Of a stretch of 64,000 nt of DNA, positions 1 through 10,454 are shown piece after piece. Position 1 is the first letter of the stretch, and each line of letters begins with the position of its first letter. A model generated the notes under the pieces. That model was not told where the DNA came from. It saw nothing but the letters and a program-made list of their open reading frames with translations, and ran no database searches. The translations under genes and the position numbers were made by a program. The DNA is from Rhodospirillales bacterium (GTDB lineage Bacteria > Pseudomonadota > Alphaproteobacteria > Rhodospirillales > UBA2165): NCBI GenBank assembly GCA_012960465.1, contig DUBF01000148.1, forward strand, positions 8,982 to 72,981. Reading direction: 5' to 3'.

Positions 1-1
1 G

Positions 2-151
2 CCGGAAGGACGGGTGAAGCGAGATGGACCAAAGCTACCTATGGGCCGGGTAGGTCAGCCTGAAGAAGTTGCACGGGCTATTGTGTGGTTATTATCTGAA
101 GACGCATCTTATGTTGCTGGATCTAATCTTGACGTCGCCGCTGGTCGTTAG
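2..151 (+). CDS. SDR-family oxidoreductase, 3' fragment (truncated by window start)
   Basis: Frame 2 reads PEGRVKRDGPKLPMGRVGQPEEVARAIVWLLSEDASYVAGSNLDVAAGR*, a typical SDR C-terminus (PxGRxGxPEEVA...SYVxG); TAG at 149-151 overlaps the convergent stop of the next gene. Confidence 0.85.
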   Translation, partial: PEGRVKRDGPKLPMGRVGQPEEVARAIVWLLSEDASYVAGSNLDVAAGR

Positions 152-1014
152 GTAGCTTTCTTCCCGTTATATAGCAGGGCTATCAGAACAATAAAGATGC
201 CAACATATTGTAGGATTGTCAGGTTCTGATTCAAAAATAAAAACCCTACTCCGACGGCCATGATAGGTTCAATATTGTTATAAAATGTTGTTTCTCCAGC
301 GCCTATTAAAGAAATAGCAATAAAAAACGCAATCGTCGCGTAAGCGAAAAATGCGTGCGAAGTTATAATACTTATCCATCCAGAATCTGTTTTGGGCAAT
401 GCAAACCCGCCGTTTAATAAACAAACTATAATTAAGATCAATGTTGCACTGATGCACATATGGAGTGTCACAAGCCGGGCGTCTTCATTAGCCATAAGAC
501 GGTTGCTGACGACCGATATAGTTGCTAAACCGGCGGCGGCCACAGCTGCGTAAACTACCCCCCAACCATTAAGATTGATAAATTCTGCGCCCAGAGCGAG
601 AGCAATTCCGAGGAACGCAATTACACTACTGATTGCCATAGTTAAACTGAGTTTCTGCCATCCCAACGCGGCAAGCATTAGTCCGGTAAATATAGGGAAG
701 AGATAAAATATCAAAATGGCGATTGCTAGAGGTAAAACTTCAATCGCACTTAATAAAGCTATTGTGTAAATAACCGTAATAAACCCGAGTATAAAAGAAA
801 TAATTGCGATACGTTTTGGTAAAGCCAGGGCTAGACCTCTTGTCTTTAGTATCCAAATTAATGTAATCGCTGGTAGTACAAAGCGTGTGGTGGATACGGT
901 CAGTGGGTTGGTGCCAAATTGGTATGAAACCCCAGCTAAAGAATTTGACGCCATAAAGCTAACCCCACTCGAAAGAGCCAAAAAAAGCCCGATGTATCTT
1001 TGTTTAGAGAACAA
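148..1014 (-). CDS. DMT/EamA-family inner-membrane transporter
   Basis: About 10 hydrophobic helices in two EamA-like halves (IFYLFPIFT, NIEPIMAV). The ORF is open to 1083, but a TTG at 1014 overlapping the allA end is the more plausible start. Confidence 0.8.
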   Translation of the reverse strand: MFSKQRYIGLFLALSSGVSFMASNSLAGVSYQFGTNPLTVSTTRFVLPAITLIWILKTRGLALALPKRIAIISFILGFITVIYTIALLSAIEVLPLAIAILIFYLFPIFTGLMLAALGWQKLSLTMAISSVIAFLGIALALGAEFINLNGWGVVYAAVAAAGLATISVVSNRLMANEDARLVTLHMCISATLILIIVCLLNGGFALPKTDSGWISIITSHAFFAYATIAFFIAISLIGAGETTFYNNIEPIMAVGVGFLFLNQNLTILQYVGIFIVLIALLYNGKKAT

Positions 1015-1507
1015 GCTGGGCAGCCCCTTGTTCCTCTGTGAACCACACCTCTTCGCAGTTTTCGCCTGGCCCGCCTCTATCAACGACTAAAAACCCATGA
1101 TTATTTTCAAGTGTGAGTAGCGGATGATGCCAAAGATTGCGTTTGTAATTTACGCCTTGATCACCCTCAGCCCAGAAAGCATGCAGATCTTTTGGACCAA
1201 CATTTTTGCTGATTGTCGCAACGACAATAATGTAAGGATTTTTTTTTAGTGGAATAAATGCCTGCGAACTGAGCGGATGACGTTCCATCATCTTGATTTG
1301 TATTGGTTGCGGTCTAGGTTGACCTCGGAAAATATTAATTAATATGTGACCGCCTTCACTTCCAACATCAATATTGGCTAGGTCATGAAAACGCTCCGTC
1401 GTGCCTTCATTAATTAAAATGCGTTCAGCTCCCGCTGTTTCAATGACATCACCAAACGGCGCAAAGTTATTTTTAGTTAAAGTTTGTAGTTTGATTTTAA
1501 GGGTCAT
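1004..1507 (-). CDS. allA: Ureidoglycolate lyase
   Basis: FAPFGDVI, MERHPLSSQAFIP, GVNY..WHHP and LVVDRGG motifs; ATG at 1507; purine catabolism context. Confidence 0.93.
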   Translation of the reverse strand: MTLKIKLQTLTKNNFAPFGDVIETAGAERILINEGTTERFHDLANIDVGSEGGHILINIFRGQPRPQPIQIKMMERHPLSSQAFIPLKKNPYIIVVATISKNVGPKDLHAFWAEGDQGVNYKRNLWHHPLLTLENNHGFLVVDRGGPGENCEEVWFTEEQGAAQLVL

Positions 1508-2513
1508 TTTTGCTGCGGTTTCCAAAAACCCGAAAACGGCTCACGCCGCCATCGGGATAAATGTTTAATCTGACATGGGAGACTGCGCCGATTTTATTAA
1601 TCATACTGCCGCCAAAGTTATGAATTTGATCCATCTCCAACTTTTGTTGGCCCATCAGTTCCTCCCAACTACATTTGTCGTTAAGCATGTTTTCAGTATC
1701 AGCGTTTTTGATCAAGGCGCCTTGCACCGAGCAGCGGTCCGGGTAGTTACCCTTAAAATGTGCCGTGTCCAATTCTATGTGCTCAACAATACCCGGAGCT
1801 CCTAAAGATATTACTATCCAGTCGTTGCCGGGTTCTCGCCGCCGCCGTGTTTCCCAGCCATCCCCCATATTTATGCCGCGACCGGGAGCCAATATAACCC
1901 AGGGGTCACCGTAATGGGCATCATTAAAGCCGACGATATTTCCACCATTAACAACAGCTGAGAGTTCCTGAAAACCGCTGGGATCCGAAGATTTCCATTC
2001 CCCAACGGGCTTCCCGTAAACCCGTAATCTTGCAACACCACCGTCCGGAAAAATATTGAATCGAAGATAATTAAATGGCAATTCAGATGGTATTGGGAAA
2101 AAATTATCGGTATCGGCGTTTAAATTACTGATAGGTAGAATTTCAGTCCACTGGGTTTTTTTATCAGGATCATTATTGGAAAACGTTGCTTCGAGCGATC
2201 CCTGAGGGGGGTGATTTCCCGTAAAGTACTTGGTGTTAATATTAATACCTGAGATAACCCCTTTGGCACCTAAACGGATAATACAATGATCATTTCCTGG
2301 AATTCGGCGCCGCTTAGACTCCCATCCATCCATCCATTTGCCATGCTGATCATATTTGTCGGGAATGAAAACAGGTTCTTCAACTTTCAGAAGGCGGCTT
2401 TTTTCAGCAAAAAAATCATCGGTGGCAAAAATAATCTCGGAGCCAAGCCGCGGAGATGCCAGATTAATAGCCGCAACAGCGAAGCGTGGTAATTGTATTT
2501 CCGTTGTATTCAT
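1497..2513 (-). CDS. alc: Allantoicase
   Basis: Two repeats with DGWE(S/T)xRRR, FxGNxP and I(F/Y)PDGGVxRxRVxG motifs. Confidence 0.95.
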   Translation of the reverse strand: MNTTEIQLPRFAVAAINLASPRLGSEIIFATDDFFAEKSRLLKVEEPVFIPDKYDQHGKWMDGWESKRRRIPGNDHCIIRLGAKGVISGININTKYFTGNHPPQGSLEATFSNNDPDKKTQWTEILPISNLNADTDNFFPIPSELPFNYLRFNIFPDGGVARLRVYGKPVGEWKSSDPSGFQELSAVVNGGNIVGFNDAHYGDPWVILAPGRGINMGDGWETRRRREPGNDWIVISLGAPGIVEHIELDTAHFKGNYPDRCSVQGALIKNADTENMLNDKCSWEELMGQQKLEMDQIHNFGGSMINKIGAVSHVRLNIYPDGGVSRFRVFGNRSKNDP

Positions 2514-2525
2514 TTAGATGATTTC

Positions 2526-3038
2526 CTACTCGATCTCTTTTAGGCGAAACAGAGCAATTTGATGGACCTGCATGAGTGCCTCGTTGAATTCACTTCTAAT
2601 ATCATTTTTAATGCGTTTTTTGAATATTCCCAAAATCGCGGCTCTTTGGTATCCGCGTACAGCAAGGATAAAGGGAAAGCCAAATTTTTTATTATACCTG
2701 CTATTTAGGTTTTGAAATAAGTCAAATTCTTCTGGTGAACAATTACCAAGGTCTGCGTTACTTTGTTCAAATTTTGAAGCCGTTGTTAAATTATCATTGA
2801 TAGCGAGTTTACCTGCCAGGTCAGGATGAGCGCAAAGTAATACCATTTTTTGATCTTTCTCAGCTGTCTCAACTATGTCTTTCATCGCACTATGTAGGCC
2901 TTCTGCATCATTATAGTCATCTTGAATGCCGTTGGTATAAACTTGTTCCGCGATCCATGGAGAGTGTTCATAAATGCCACCAAATATTTTTATGAATTCA
3001 TCCCGTTCTAATGCAGTTGGTATATTTTTTTTATACAT
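2526..3038 (-). CDS. uraD: OHCU decarboxylase
   Basis: YEHSPWIA, AHPDLAG, EQ and KFGFPFILAV motifs; ATG overlaps the puuE TGA. Confidence 0.93.
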   Translation of the reverse strand: MYKKNIPTALERDEFIKIFGGIYEHSPWIAEQVYTNGIQDDYNDAEGLHSAMKDIVETAEKDQKMVLLCAHPDLAGKLAINDNLTTASKFEQSNADLGNCSPEEFDLFQNLNSRYNKKFGFPFILAVRGYQRAAILGIFKKRIKNDIRSEFNEALMQVHQIALFRLKEIE

Positions 3039-3970
3039 CAAACCTTCCCCTCAAAGGGGTGCATTTCGCGCCAGTGGCGTGCTATATCAATCCTTTTGCA
3101 GAACCAAACTTTATCATGAGATCGGGCATATTCGACAAATTTCTTGAGCGCCTGGAAACGTCCCGGACGGCCAATTATCCTGCAATGCAATCCCACTGAC
3201 ATCATTTTTGGATTTGTTTCACCTTCATGATACAGAGTATCAAAGCTATCTTTTAGGTAGTTAAAGAATTGATCGCCAGCATTAAAACCCTGAGGAGCGG
3301 CAAAACGCATGTCGTTTGCATCGAGTGAGTATGGTACTATTAGATGCGGTGTATCGGTAATTTTTGACCAAAATGGCAGCTCGTCTGAATAGTCATCTGC
3401 ATCGTAGAGAAAACCTCCTTCTTCAGCGATCAGGCGTCTCGTGTTTGGGCTTGTGCGTCCCGTATACCAGCCAAGGGGCCTCTCGCCTGTTATTTTTGTA
3501 TGGATTTTTATTGCTTCATAAAGATGCTCTTTTTCAATTTCTTCCGGTATATACTGATAGTCAATCCAGCGAAGACCATGGCTGCATAATTCAAAGTTAT
3601 TTTTTAAGGCGGCTTCAGCGACATCTGGATTGCGTTGAAGTGCCATAGCAACCGCAAATATAGTGATTGGGATTTCATATTCTTTAAAAAGATTGAATAA
3701 TCGCCAAATGCCAACGCGGGACCCATATTCGTAAAAGCTTTCCATACTCATGTGTCGTACGCCTTCACGTGCGTCGGCACCTATCATCTCAGACAAGAAA
3801 GCTTCGGAGGCAATGTCGCCATGCAAAATACAATTTTCACTACCCTCTTCGTAGTTGATGACGAATTGTAGAGCAATGCGGCCGTCTTCCGGCCAATTTA
3901 CTTGTGGTTTTTTGGCACCATATCCATGGAGATCTCGGGGATATTCTTTAAAGGTGTTTAATTTTGACAT
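3038..3970 (-). CDS. puuE: Metal-independent allantoinase (polysaccharide deacetylase fold)
   Basis: YPRDL.GYG, FVINYEEG, YEYGSRVG, SHGLRW, GWYTGR and MMSVGLHCR motifs. Confidence 0.95.
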   Translation of the reverse strand: MSKLNTFKEYPRDLHGYGAKKPQVNWPEDGRIALQFVINYEEGSENCILHGDIASEAFLSEMIGADAREGVRHMSMESFYEYGSRVGIWRLFNLFKEYEIPITIFAVAMALQRNPDVAEAALKNNFELCSHGLRWIDYQYIPEEIEKEHLYEAIKIHTKITGERPLGWYTGRTSPNTRRLIAEEGGFLYDADDYSDELPFWSKITDTPHLIVPYSLDANDMRFAAPQGFNAGDQFFNYLKDSFDTLYHEGETNPKMMSVGLHCRIIGRPGRFQALKKFVEYARSHDKVWFCKRIDIARHWREMHPFEGKV

Positions 3971-4033
3971 TATATGGACATCTCCAGGATCGGGCTAATA
4001 AGTTTAAATGGCAGAGCGCGTTTCTGTGACACT

Positions 4034-4050
4034 TGCACCGTTTAGGTTTA
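4034..4050. promoter_or_regulatory. Possible NtrC-like binding site in the puuE/uraH divergent promoter region
   Basis: TGCACC-GTTTA-GGTTTA against the consensus TGCACC-N5-GGTGCA; fits nitrogen control of purine catabolism but is only a partial match. Confidence 0.25.
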
Positions 4051-4126
4051 CTGAAGTACGATAAGTATTTTATGACAACAGAATTAGTATAATATCGGAT
4101 ACAATATAAAGAAAGTTGAAAAAGTT

Positions 4127-4480
4127 ATGGGATTTTTAACAACACATGTTCTTGATACGGCTCACGGGTGTCCTGCTGAAAATGTGCGTATTGGAATGTA
4201 CAGAGTGTCCAATAATATAACCGAGCATTTACTGGATGCGGTAACAAATGAAGATGGCCGTTGCGAAAATCCAGTATTGAAGGACGATGAGTTTGCTGTC
4301 GGAACTTACGAATTACATTTTTATATTGGAGATTATTTCAAAGATAAGGGTATGGATTTGGTGGCCCCAAATTTTCTTGATATTATACCTGTCCGTTTCG
4401 GCATTAGTTTGCCGGAGGAACATTATCATATACCTCTGCTTGTTTCGCCGTTTTCATATTCGACCTATCGTGGCAGTTAG
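4127..4480 (+). CDS. uraH: 5-hydroxyisourate hydrolase (transthyretin-like)
   Basis: LTTHVLD, TNEDGR and HYHIPLL motifs and the C-terminal YSTYRGS signature. Confidence 0.96.
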   Translation: MGFLTTHVLDTAHGCPAENVRIGMYRVSNNITEHLLDAVTNEDGRCENPVLKDDEFAVGTYELHFYIGDYFKDKGMDLVAPNFLDIIPVRFGISLPEEHYHIPLLVSPFSYSTYRGS

Positions 4481-4503
4481 GTTTATCAGAGGTTTTTCTT
4501 TCA

Positions 4504-5697
4504 ATGATTGATATAGCATACGCAGAATGGCTCGAGCTTGGATTTAGGTGGCTGCATTTGATTGCTGGTATCGCATGGATAGGATCTTCTTTTTATTTTA
4601 TGTTTTTGGATTACAGCTTACAGCCTGATGAGAATCTACCAGCTGGTGTAAAGGGCGCATCGTGGAATGTCCACGGCGGTGGATTTTACTTTATGCAGAA
4701 ATACACCGTTGCACCTGAAAAAATGCCAGACGTGCTTCATTGGTTTAAGTGGGAGGCATATTTCACATGGATTTCAGGCTTTTCGCTGATTATTATTATA
4801 TACTATTGGGGTGCGGAGACTTTTTTGATCGATAAAGAAATCATGGATCTTACGCAATGGCAGGCAATTGGAATGAGTGTGGGCTCCTTTATCCTCAGTT
4901 GGATAGTTTATGACCGTTTCTGTAAGGCTCCTGTGGGAAAAAATGATATTGCCCTCTCTATTGTTGTTTTTTTGCTTATTTTATTGGCGGCCTATGGTTT
5001 TACCCATGTCTATAGTGGCCGCGGTGCTTTTGTTCATGTTGGAGCTGTGGTTGGAACCATCATGGTAGCAAATGTTTTTTTAGTGATCATTCCCAATCAG
5101 CGGATTGTGGTTAAGGCATTGATTGAGGGTGAGGAACCAGCTGCCCATCTCGGTGCAGAAGGAAAGCAACGGTCAACTCATAATAACTACCTTACATTAC
5201 CCGTGTTATTAATGATGATTAGCTCTCATTTTCCCATGATTTTTTCCAACAAACACTCATGGCTCGTCGTTGGTTTGGTTATTATTGTTGGCGGAATTAT
5301 CCGTGATTATTTTAATGCAAAGAATCAGGGCAAGGATGGTAAACGGCTCATGTGGCAGTGGCCAGCAGCGGCGATCTTTATGGCTATTCTTATAGTGTTT
5401 ATAAGCTATAACGAGGAGGTTAAAGTTGCCGAAGATGATCAGATGGGGTCAACAGACGTTTTAGCAATAATTCAAACCCATTGTGTTTCATGTCATGCGG
5501 CAAAACCATCTGATAACGATATTGGAAATGCTCCGGGTGGTGTTAGGCTTGAAACTCTAGCGGACATTAAGAAATACAGATCCAAGATAATGAAACAATC
5601 TGTATTAACTAAGGCCATGCCGCTTGGGAATAAAAGTGGGATGACGGAAAAAGAACGTAAAGGTGTTGGCGATTGGATTAAGCGCGGAATGCCGTGA
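4504..5697 (+). CDS. puuD: Membrane urate hydroxylase with C-terminal cytochrome c
   Basis: RWLH..AGIAWIGSSFYF, VHGGGFY, HWFKWEAY and RSTHNNYLTLPV motifs; C-terminal CVSCH heme motif and MPLGN. Confidence 0.94.
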   Translation: MIDIAYAEWLELGFRWLHLIAGIAWIGSSFYFMFLDYSLQPDENLPAGVKGASWNVHGGGFYFMQKYTVAPEKMPDVLHWFKWEAYFTWISGFSLIIIIYYWGAETFLIDKEIMDLTQWQAIGMSVGSFILSWIVYDRFCKAPVGKNDIALSIVVFLLILLAAYGFTHVYSGRGAFVHVGAVVGTIMVANVFLVIIPNQRIVVKALIEGEEPAAHLGAEGKQRSTHNNYLTLPVLLMMISSHFPMIFSNKHSWLVVGLVIIVGGIIRDYFNAKNQGKDGKRLMWQWPAAAIFMAILIVFISYNEEVKVAEDDQMGSTDVLAIIQTHCVSCHAAKPSDNDIGNAPGGVRLETLADIKKYRSKIMKQSVLTKAMPLGNKSGMTEKERKGVGDWIKRGMP

Positions 5698-5719
5698 CAG
5701 AAATAAGGGCGTAATCACA

Positions 5720-7261
5720 ATGACTGGTCAAATACCAAGATTGGAGTTGGAAGGGATAAGTAAGGCCTATCCCGGAGTAGTCGCTAACGAAAATGTTAGT
5801 CTTAAAATTATGCCAGGGGAAATTCATGCGTTACTTGGAGAAAATGGTGCGGGTAAATCAACTTTAGTCAAATTTATATACGGTGTTCAGACTGCAGATT
5901 CTGGCAGTTTTAAATGGGAAGGTCAGGAGTTCGCCGTCGCCAATCCAAGTATGGCACGCAAACTAGGTATTGGTATGGTATTTCAGCATTTTTCCTTATT
6001 TGATGCTTTGTCTGTAGAAGAAAATATAGCGATAGGTATTTCTCCCGAACTTGCAGGTGATAATCTTGGTCGACAAATTCGTGATGTCTCCCGGCAATAC
6101 GGTCTTCCTCTGGATCCTGATCGTTTTGTTCACACACTTTCGGTTGGTGAGCGACAGCGGATCGAGGTGGTTCGTTGTTTATTGCAAAATCCAAAATTAT
6201 TAATCATGGATGAGCCAACCTCAGTTTTAACACCCCAGGAGGTTGCTGAGCTTTTTAAAACGCTACGACGATTATCTGAAGAGGGTGTCTCCATACTTTA
6301 TATCAGCCATAAACTTCAGGAGATAAAGGATCTGTGCCACGTGGCTACAATTATGCGTATGGGCAGGGTCGTTGATAGTTGTATTCCATCAGAAGAAAGC
6401 CCGCTTAGTATGGCTGAGATGATGATGGGCGCCAATTTAGTTAGCCCTGAGAAACCAGAAAAATCCGTTCACGGGGGCCCTCATTTGGTCGTTAAAAATC
6501 TAAGTCTTCAGTCTGACCATCAGCATGGAGTTGATCTCAAAAATATTAATTTGGAAGTTTGTAAAGGGGAAGTTGTTGGTATAGCTGGAATTGCTGGTAA
6601 TGGTCAGATTGAAGTTATGGAAATATTAACCGGTGAAGTTCTGGTCGAAGATCCTAACTCAGTGTTGATTGGTGAGATATGTGTTGGTTGTGAAGGACCA
6701 AAATTTAGACGTAATGCTGGTCTGGGTTTCGTGCCGGAAGAACGACTTGGTCATGGTGCAGTGCCCGAAATGTCGCTATGGGAAAACGCCTTTTTGTCAG
6801 GTTTTCAGACGATGTGTCTAGTTTCGAGAGGCTTTATTGATGTTCAAGAATCTATAAAATATGCTCTAAGTATCGTTTCTAAATTTAATGTTAAAACGCC
6901 TGGTATTAAGCATGCAGCAAACTCGCTTTCCGGCGGTAACCTGCAAAAATTTATTTTTGGCAGGGAAATTCTACAAAACCCGGAAGTGATCGTGGCGTTA
7001 CAGCCTACCTGGGGTGTGGATGCAGGGTCTGCAGCTTTTATTCGTCAATCCCTTATGGATTTGGCCGCAAAAGGAGCAGCTGTTTTGGTCATAAGCCAAG
7101 ACTTGCAGGAGTTATTTGAAGTTTCTGACCGTATTGCAGTTATTTACGAGGGCACCGTATCTTCTCCACGGCCAGCAGAGGATATTACCGTTGAGGAAAT
7201 TGGTTTACTAATGGCGGGTATTAGCTCCGAAGTAGAGTTGGGACTGACCGCCGATGCTTAG
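5720..7261 (+). CDS. Purine/nucleoside ABC transporter ATP-binding protein (two ABC domains)
   Basis: GENGAGKST Walker A, LSVGERQR, DEPT, ISHKL and a second-domain LSGGNLQK; ATG at 5720. Confidence 0.92.
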   Translation: MTGQIPRLELEGISKAYPGVVANENVSLKIMPGEIHALLGENGAGKSTLVKFIYGVQTADSGSFKWEGQEFAVANPSMARKLGIGMVFQHFSLFDALSVEENIAIGISPELAGDNLGRQIRDVSRQYGLPLDPDRFVHTLSVGERQRIEVVRCLLQNPKLLIMDEPTSVLTPQEVAELFKTLRRLSEEGVSILYISHKLQEIKDLCHVATIMRMGRVVDSCIPSEESPLSMAEMMMGANLVSPEKPEKSVHGGPHLVVKNLSLQSDHQHGVDLKNINLEVCKGEVVGIAGIAGNGQIEVMEILTGEVLVEDPNSVLIGEICVGCEGPKFRRNAGLGFVPEERLGHGAVPEMSLWENAFLSGFQTMCLVSRGFIDVQESIKYALSIVSKFNVKTPGIKHAANSLSGGNLQKFIFGREILQNPEVIVALQPTWGVDAGSAAFIRQSLMDLAAKGAAVLVISQDLQELFEVSDRIAVIYEGTVSSPRPAEDITVEEIGLLMAGISSEVELGLTADA

Positions 7262-8339
7262 ATTAGAACTACGCGGTGAGATGTCCCAACCAATGGTTTA
7301 CTTGTCACCAATCTTTGCTGTTATACTGACTTTCATTGCGGGTATTATTATGTTTACTTTTTTGGGCGTCGATCCTGTCAAGGCAATCATAACGTTCTTT
7401 ATCACGCCCTTGAACTCGTTGGATGGATTAGCGGAGCTATTTGTCAAAGCGACACCTTTAGTTTTGATTGCGGTTGGTTTATCCTTCGGCTTTCAGGCAA
7501 ATATTTGGAATATAGGAGCCGAAGGTCAGTTGACTATCGGTGCGCTGGCCGGTGGTGGTGTTGCACTTTTGTTTTTCAATGTTGATACACCATTTTTAAT
7601 GCCGGCTATGCTTGTTTCGGGTGTATTAGGTGGGATGGCCTGGGCGGCAATCCCAGCTATACTTAAAACCAAATGTGGGACCAATGAAATTCTTACAAGT
7701 TTAATGCTGACTTATGTTGGTTTGCTTGTGCTGAGTTATCTCATTCATGGACCCTGGAAAGATCCTGATGGACAAAATTTTCCAGAATCCCGTTTGTTCC
7801 ATGATGCCGCACTTATCCCTATTATTCTGGATGAAACACGGCTTCATCTAGGGTGGATTATTGCTTTGTTTGGTGTGGCAGTTGCCTGGGTTATTATGAC
7901 ACGTCATATGATTGGATTTCAAATCCGTGTAATTGGTTTGGCGCCGATGGCAGCCCGATTTGCCGGTTTTAAAGAAAAACATATTATTTGGATGACACTT
8001 ATGATCAGTGGCGGTGCCGCAGGTCTTGCTGGAACAATCGAAGTGTCAGGCCCAGTGGGACAGATTATTCCGGTTATTTCACCTGGATATGGCTTTACCG
8101 CCATTATTGTTGCCTTCCTGGGTCGGCTTCACCCAGTTGGTTGCCTGTTTGCGGGTCTTCTGATGGCATTAACCTATTTAGGTGGTGATAATGCGCAGAT
8201 TGAGATGAATTTGCCAAATGCAGTGACAGGTGTCTTTCAAGGCATGCTGCTTTTCTTTCTTTTAGCGTGTGATGTATTGGTGCGTTATCGGTTTCGGATT
8301 GGCAGTTTAACAAAAGCGACAGGTGGGGCTAATTTATAA
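7254..8339 (+). CDS. Purine/nucleoside ABC transporter permease
   Basis: WNIGAEGQ, NEILTSLML and GYGFTAIIVAFLG motifs; hydrophobic. Confidence 0.9.
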   Translation: MLRLELRGEMSQPMVYLSPIFAVILTFIAGIIMFTFLGVDPVKAIITFFITPLNSLDGLAELFVKATPLVLIAVGLSFGFQANIWNIGAEGQLTIGALAGGGVALLFFNVDTPFLMPAMLVSGVLGGMAWAAIPAILKTKCGTNEILTSLMLTYVGLLVLSYLIHGPWKDPDGQNFPESRLFHDAALIPIILDETRLHLGWIIALFGVAVAWVIMTRHMIGFQIRVIGLAPMAARFAGFKEKHIIWMTLMISGGAAGLAGTIEVSGPVGQIIPVISPGYGFTAIIVAFLGRLHPVGCLFAGLLMALTYLGGDNAQIEMNLPNAVTGVFQGMLLFFLLACDVLVRYRFRIGSLTKATGGANL

Positions 8340-8340
8340 T

Positions 8341-9264
8341 ATGGGTGATTGGTTAGTTCCTGCATTATTGACGATCATTACCGCCTCAACACCCCTGGTA
8401 TTTGCGGCTGTTGGTGAGGTTGTCGTTGAAAAATCTGGTGTTTTGAATCTCGGGATTGAGGGCATGATGATTGTTGGCGCAATTTCAGCCTTTGCTGTTG
8501 GCGTCACAACTGGTAGTGCGACGCTTGCTATTTTTGCTGGTGCCATCGGTGGGGCTGCCGTGGCCTTTATATTTGGATTTTTAACACTCAATTTACTAGC
8601 GAACCAAGTGGCGGCTGGACTGGCACTTACCATCTTCGGTTTGGGGTTTTCCGCGCTTTTAGGCCATGGGTTTGTTGGTAAGACTTTCCCGGGGCTTCCG
8701 AAGCTTGAAATTCCCATCATCAGCGAGATACCTTTTATTGGACCATTATTATTTGGCCATGATATTTTGGTATATGGTTCGGTAATCATCGTAATATCTA
8801 CAACTTATATGCTTAATAAAACACGAGTTGGTTTATTGATACGTGCTGTTGGTGAGAACCATGATGCGGCGCATTCGATTGGTTATTCTGTAAACAAAAT
8901 TCGAATGGCCTGCGTTTTATTTGGTGGCGCGATGGCAGGTCTTGGGGGAGCGTATTTGTCGCTTGCATATACCCCACTTTGGGTGGAAGGTATGACTTCT
9001 GGTCGCGGTTGGATAGCTTTAGCCTTGGTGGTTTTTGCATCTTGGAAAGCGTGGCGAGCTTTTTTAGGAGCTTACCTATTTGGTGGAATTACAATTATAC
9101 AATTACATGCGCAAGGATTTGGCGTGGAAATTGCCCCTGAATTCCTGTCTATGCTGCCCTATCTTGCGACGATAGTGGTTCTTGTTCTTATATCACGGGA
9201 TAGTTCTCGGGCAAAACTTAACGCTCCTGCTTGTCTGGGTAGGAGTTTTCACGAGGCAGGCTGA
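8341..9264 (+). CDS. Purine/nucleoside ABC transporter permease
   Basis: EKSGVLNLGIEGMM, GRGWIALA and LPYLAT motifs; ATG at 8341. Confidence 0.9.
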   Translation: MGDWLVPALLTIITASTPLVFAAVGEVVVEKSGVLNLGIEGMMIVGAISAFAVGVTTGSATLAIFAGAIGGAAVAFIFGFLTLNLLANQVAAGLALTIFGLGFSALLGHGFVGKTFPGLPKLEIPIISEIPFIGPLLFGHDILVYGSVIIVISTTYMLNKTRVGLLIRAVGENHDAAHSIGYSVNKIRMACVLFGGAMAGLGGAYLSLAYTPLWVEGMTSGRGWIALALVVFASWKAWRAFLGAYLFGGITIIQLHAQGFGVEIAPEFLSMLPYLATIVVLVLISRDSSRAKLNAPACLGRSFHEAG

Positions 9265-9297
9265 TTTTATGGTTCAACATTTTATTGGAGGTAAAAC

Positions 9298-10380
9298 ATG
9301 ATTTCAAAAAAAATAATATTGGGGGCGCTTTTGTCAGCTGTCATGGCTGTTGGTGCTACCGTCGGACAAGCAGCAGATAAAAGGACCAAAGTTGGTTTTG
9401 TTTATGTTGGTCCTATTGGGGATCATGGCTGGTCCTATCAACATAATGTTGGACGGTTGGCGGTCAACAATGCTTTTGGCGATAAGGTAAAGACGACTTA
9501 TGTGGAGTCGGTGCCGGAGGGGGCCGACGCTGCGAGGGTCATTACTAAACTTGCTCGCTCAGGGCATAAGCTTATTTTTACGACGTCGTTTGGTTATATG
9601 AACCCGACGTTAAAGGTAGCTAAGCGTTTCCCAAAAGTGAAATTTGAACATGCAACTGGCTTTAAACGATCTAAAAATCTTGCGACTTATTCAGCGCGTT
9701 TTTATGAAGGACGGCACGTTGCAGGTTTGATCGCGGGAAAGATGACAAAGTCGAATGTTATCGGTTACGTTGCCTCTTTTCCAATCCCAGAAGTAATCAG
9801 GGGCATTAATGCAACGTTTCTGGCCGCTCGTTCGGTGAACCCAAAAGTAAAAATTAAAATAATTTGGGTGTCTACCTGGTTCGATCCAGGTAAAGAAGCT
9901 GATGCAGCTAAGGCCTTAATTGCTCAAGGTGCTGATGTAATTATGCAGCATACTGATTCTCCTGCACCGCTACAGCAAGCCCAGAAAAATAAAGTGTGGG
10001 CGGTCGGCCAGGCATCCAATATGGCTGCTTTTGGTCCTAAGGCCCAGTTGACAGCTATTATTGATGACTGGAATGCGTACTACATTCAGCGGACTAAAGC
10101 TATGTTGGATGGGACCTGGAAATCCCAAGATGTTTGGGGGGGGTTTAAATCAGGTATGGTTAAGATGGCTCCTTATAATAAAGCTATTCCAGCAAATGTA
10201 GTGGCAATGGCAGAAAAGGCTAAAGAAGGTATCTTTAACGGTACGGTTCATCCATTTACCGGGCCAATTAAGGATCAAAAAGGTAAAATTCGTGTCCCAG
10301 CAGGTAAAACTGCTGACGATGGTATGCTTGCAGGTATGAATTTTTATGTTGAAGGCATCGACGCCACTATGCCCAAATAG
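9298..10380 (+). CDS. BMP-family purine-binding substrate-binding protein
   Basis: Signal peptide; VGFVYVGPIGDHGW, TTSFGY, WFDPGKEA and QHTDS motifs; GGAGG RBS. Confidence 0.92.
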   Translation: MISKKIILGALLSAVMAVGATVGQAADKRTKVGFVYVGPIGDHGWSYQHNVGRLAVNNAFGDKVKTTYVESVPEGADAARVITKLARSGHKLIFTTSFGYMNPTLKVAKRFPKVKFEHATGFKRSKNLATYSARFYEGRHVAGLIAGKMTKSNVIGYVASFPIPEVIRGINATFLAARSVNPKVKIKIIWVSTWFDPGKEADAAKALIAQGADVIMQHTDSPAPLQQAQKNKVWAVGQASNMAAFGPKAQLTAIIDDWNAYYIQRTKAMLDGTWKSQDVWGGFKSGMVKMAPYNKAIPANVVAMAEKAKEGIFNGTVHPFTGPIKDQKGKIRVPAGKTADDGMLAGMNFYVEGIDATMPK

Positions 10381-10404
10381 GCGTCTGATTATTCAGATTT
10401 AAAT

Positions 10405-10440
10405 TGCAGGATCTGGTCGATATGCCGGGTCCTGCAGTTT
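10405..10440 (+). terminator. Stem-loop after the substrate-binding gene (partial terminator or mRNA-stabilising hairpin)
   Basis: TGCAGGATCTGGT pairs with GCCGGGTCCTGCA (with G-U pairs) and is followed by GTTT. Confidence 0.6.
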
Positions 10441-10454
10441 GATTAAAAGGTGAT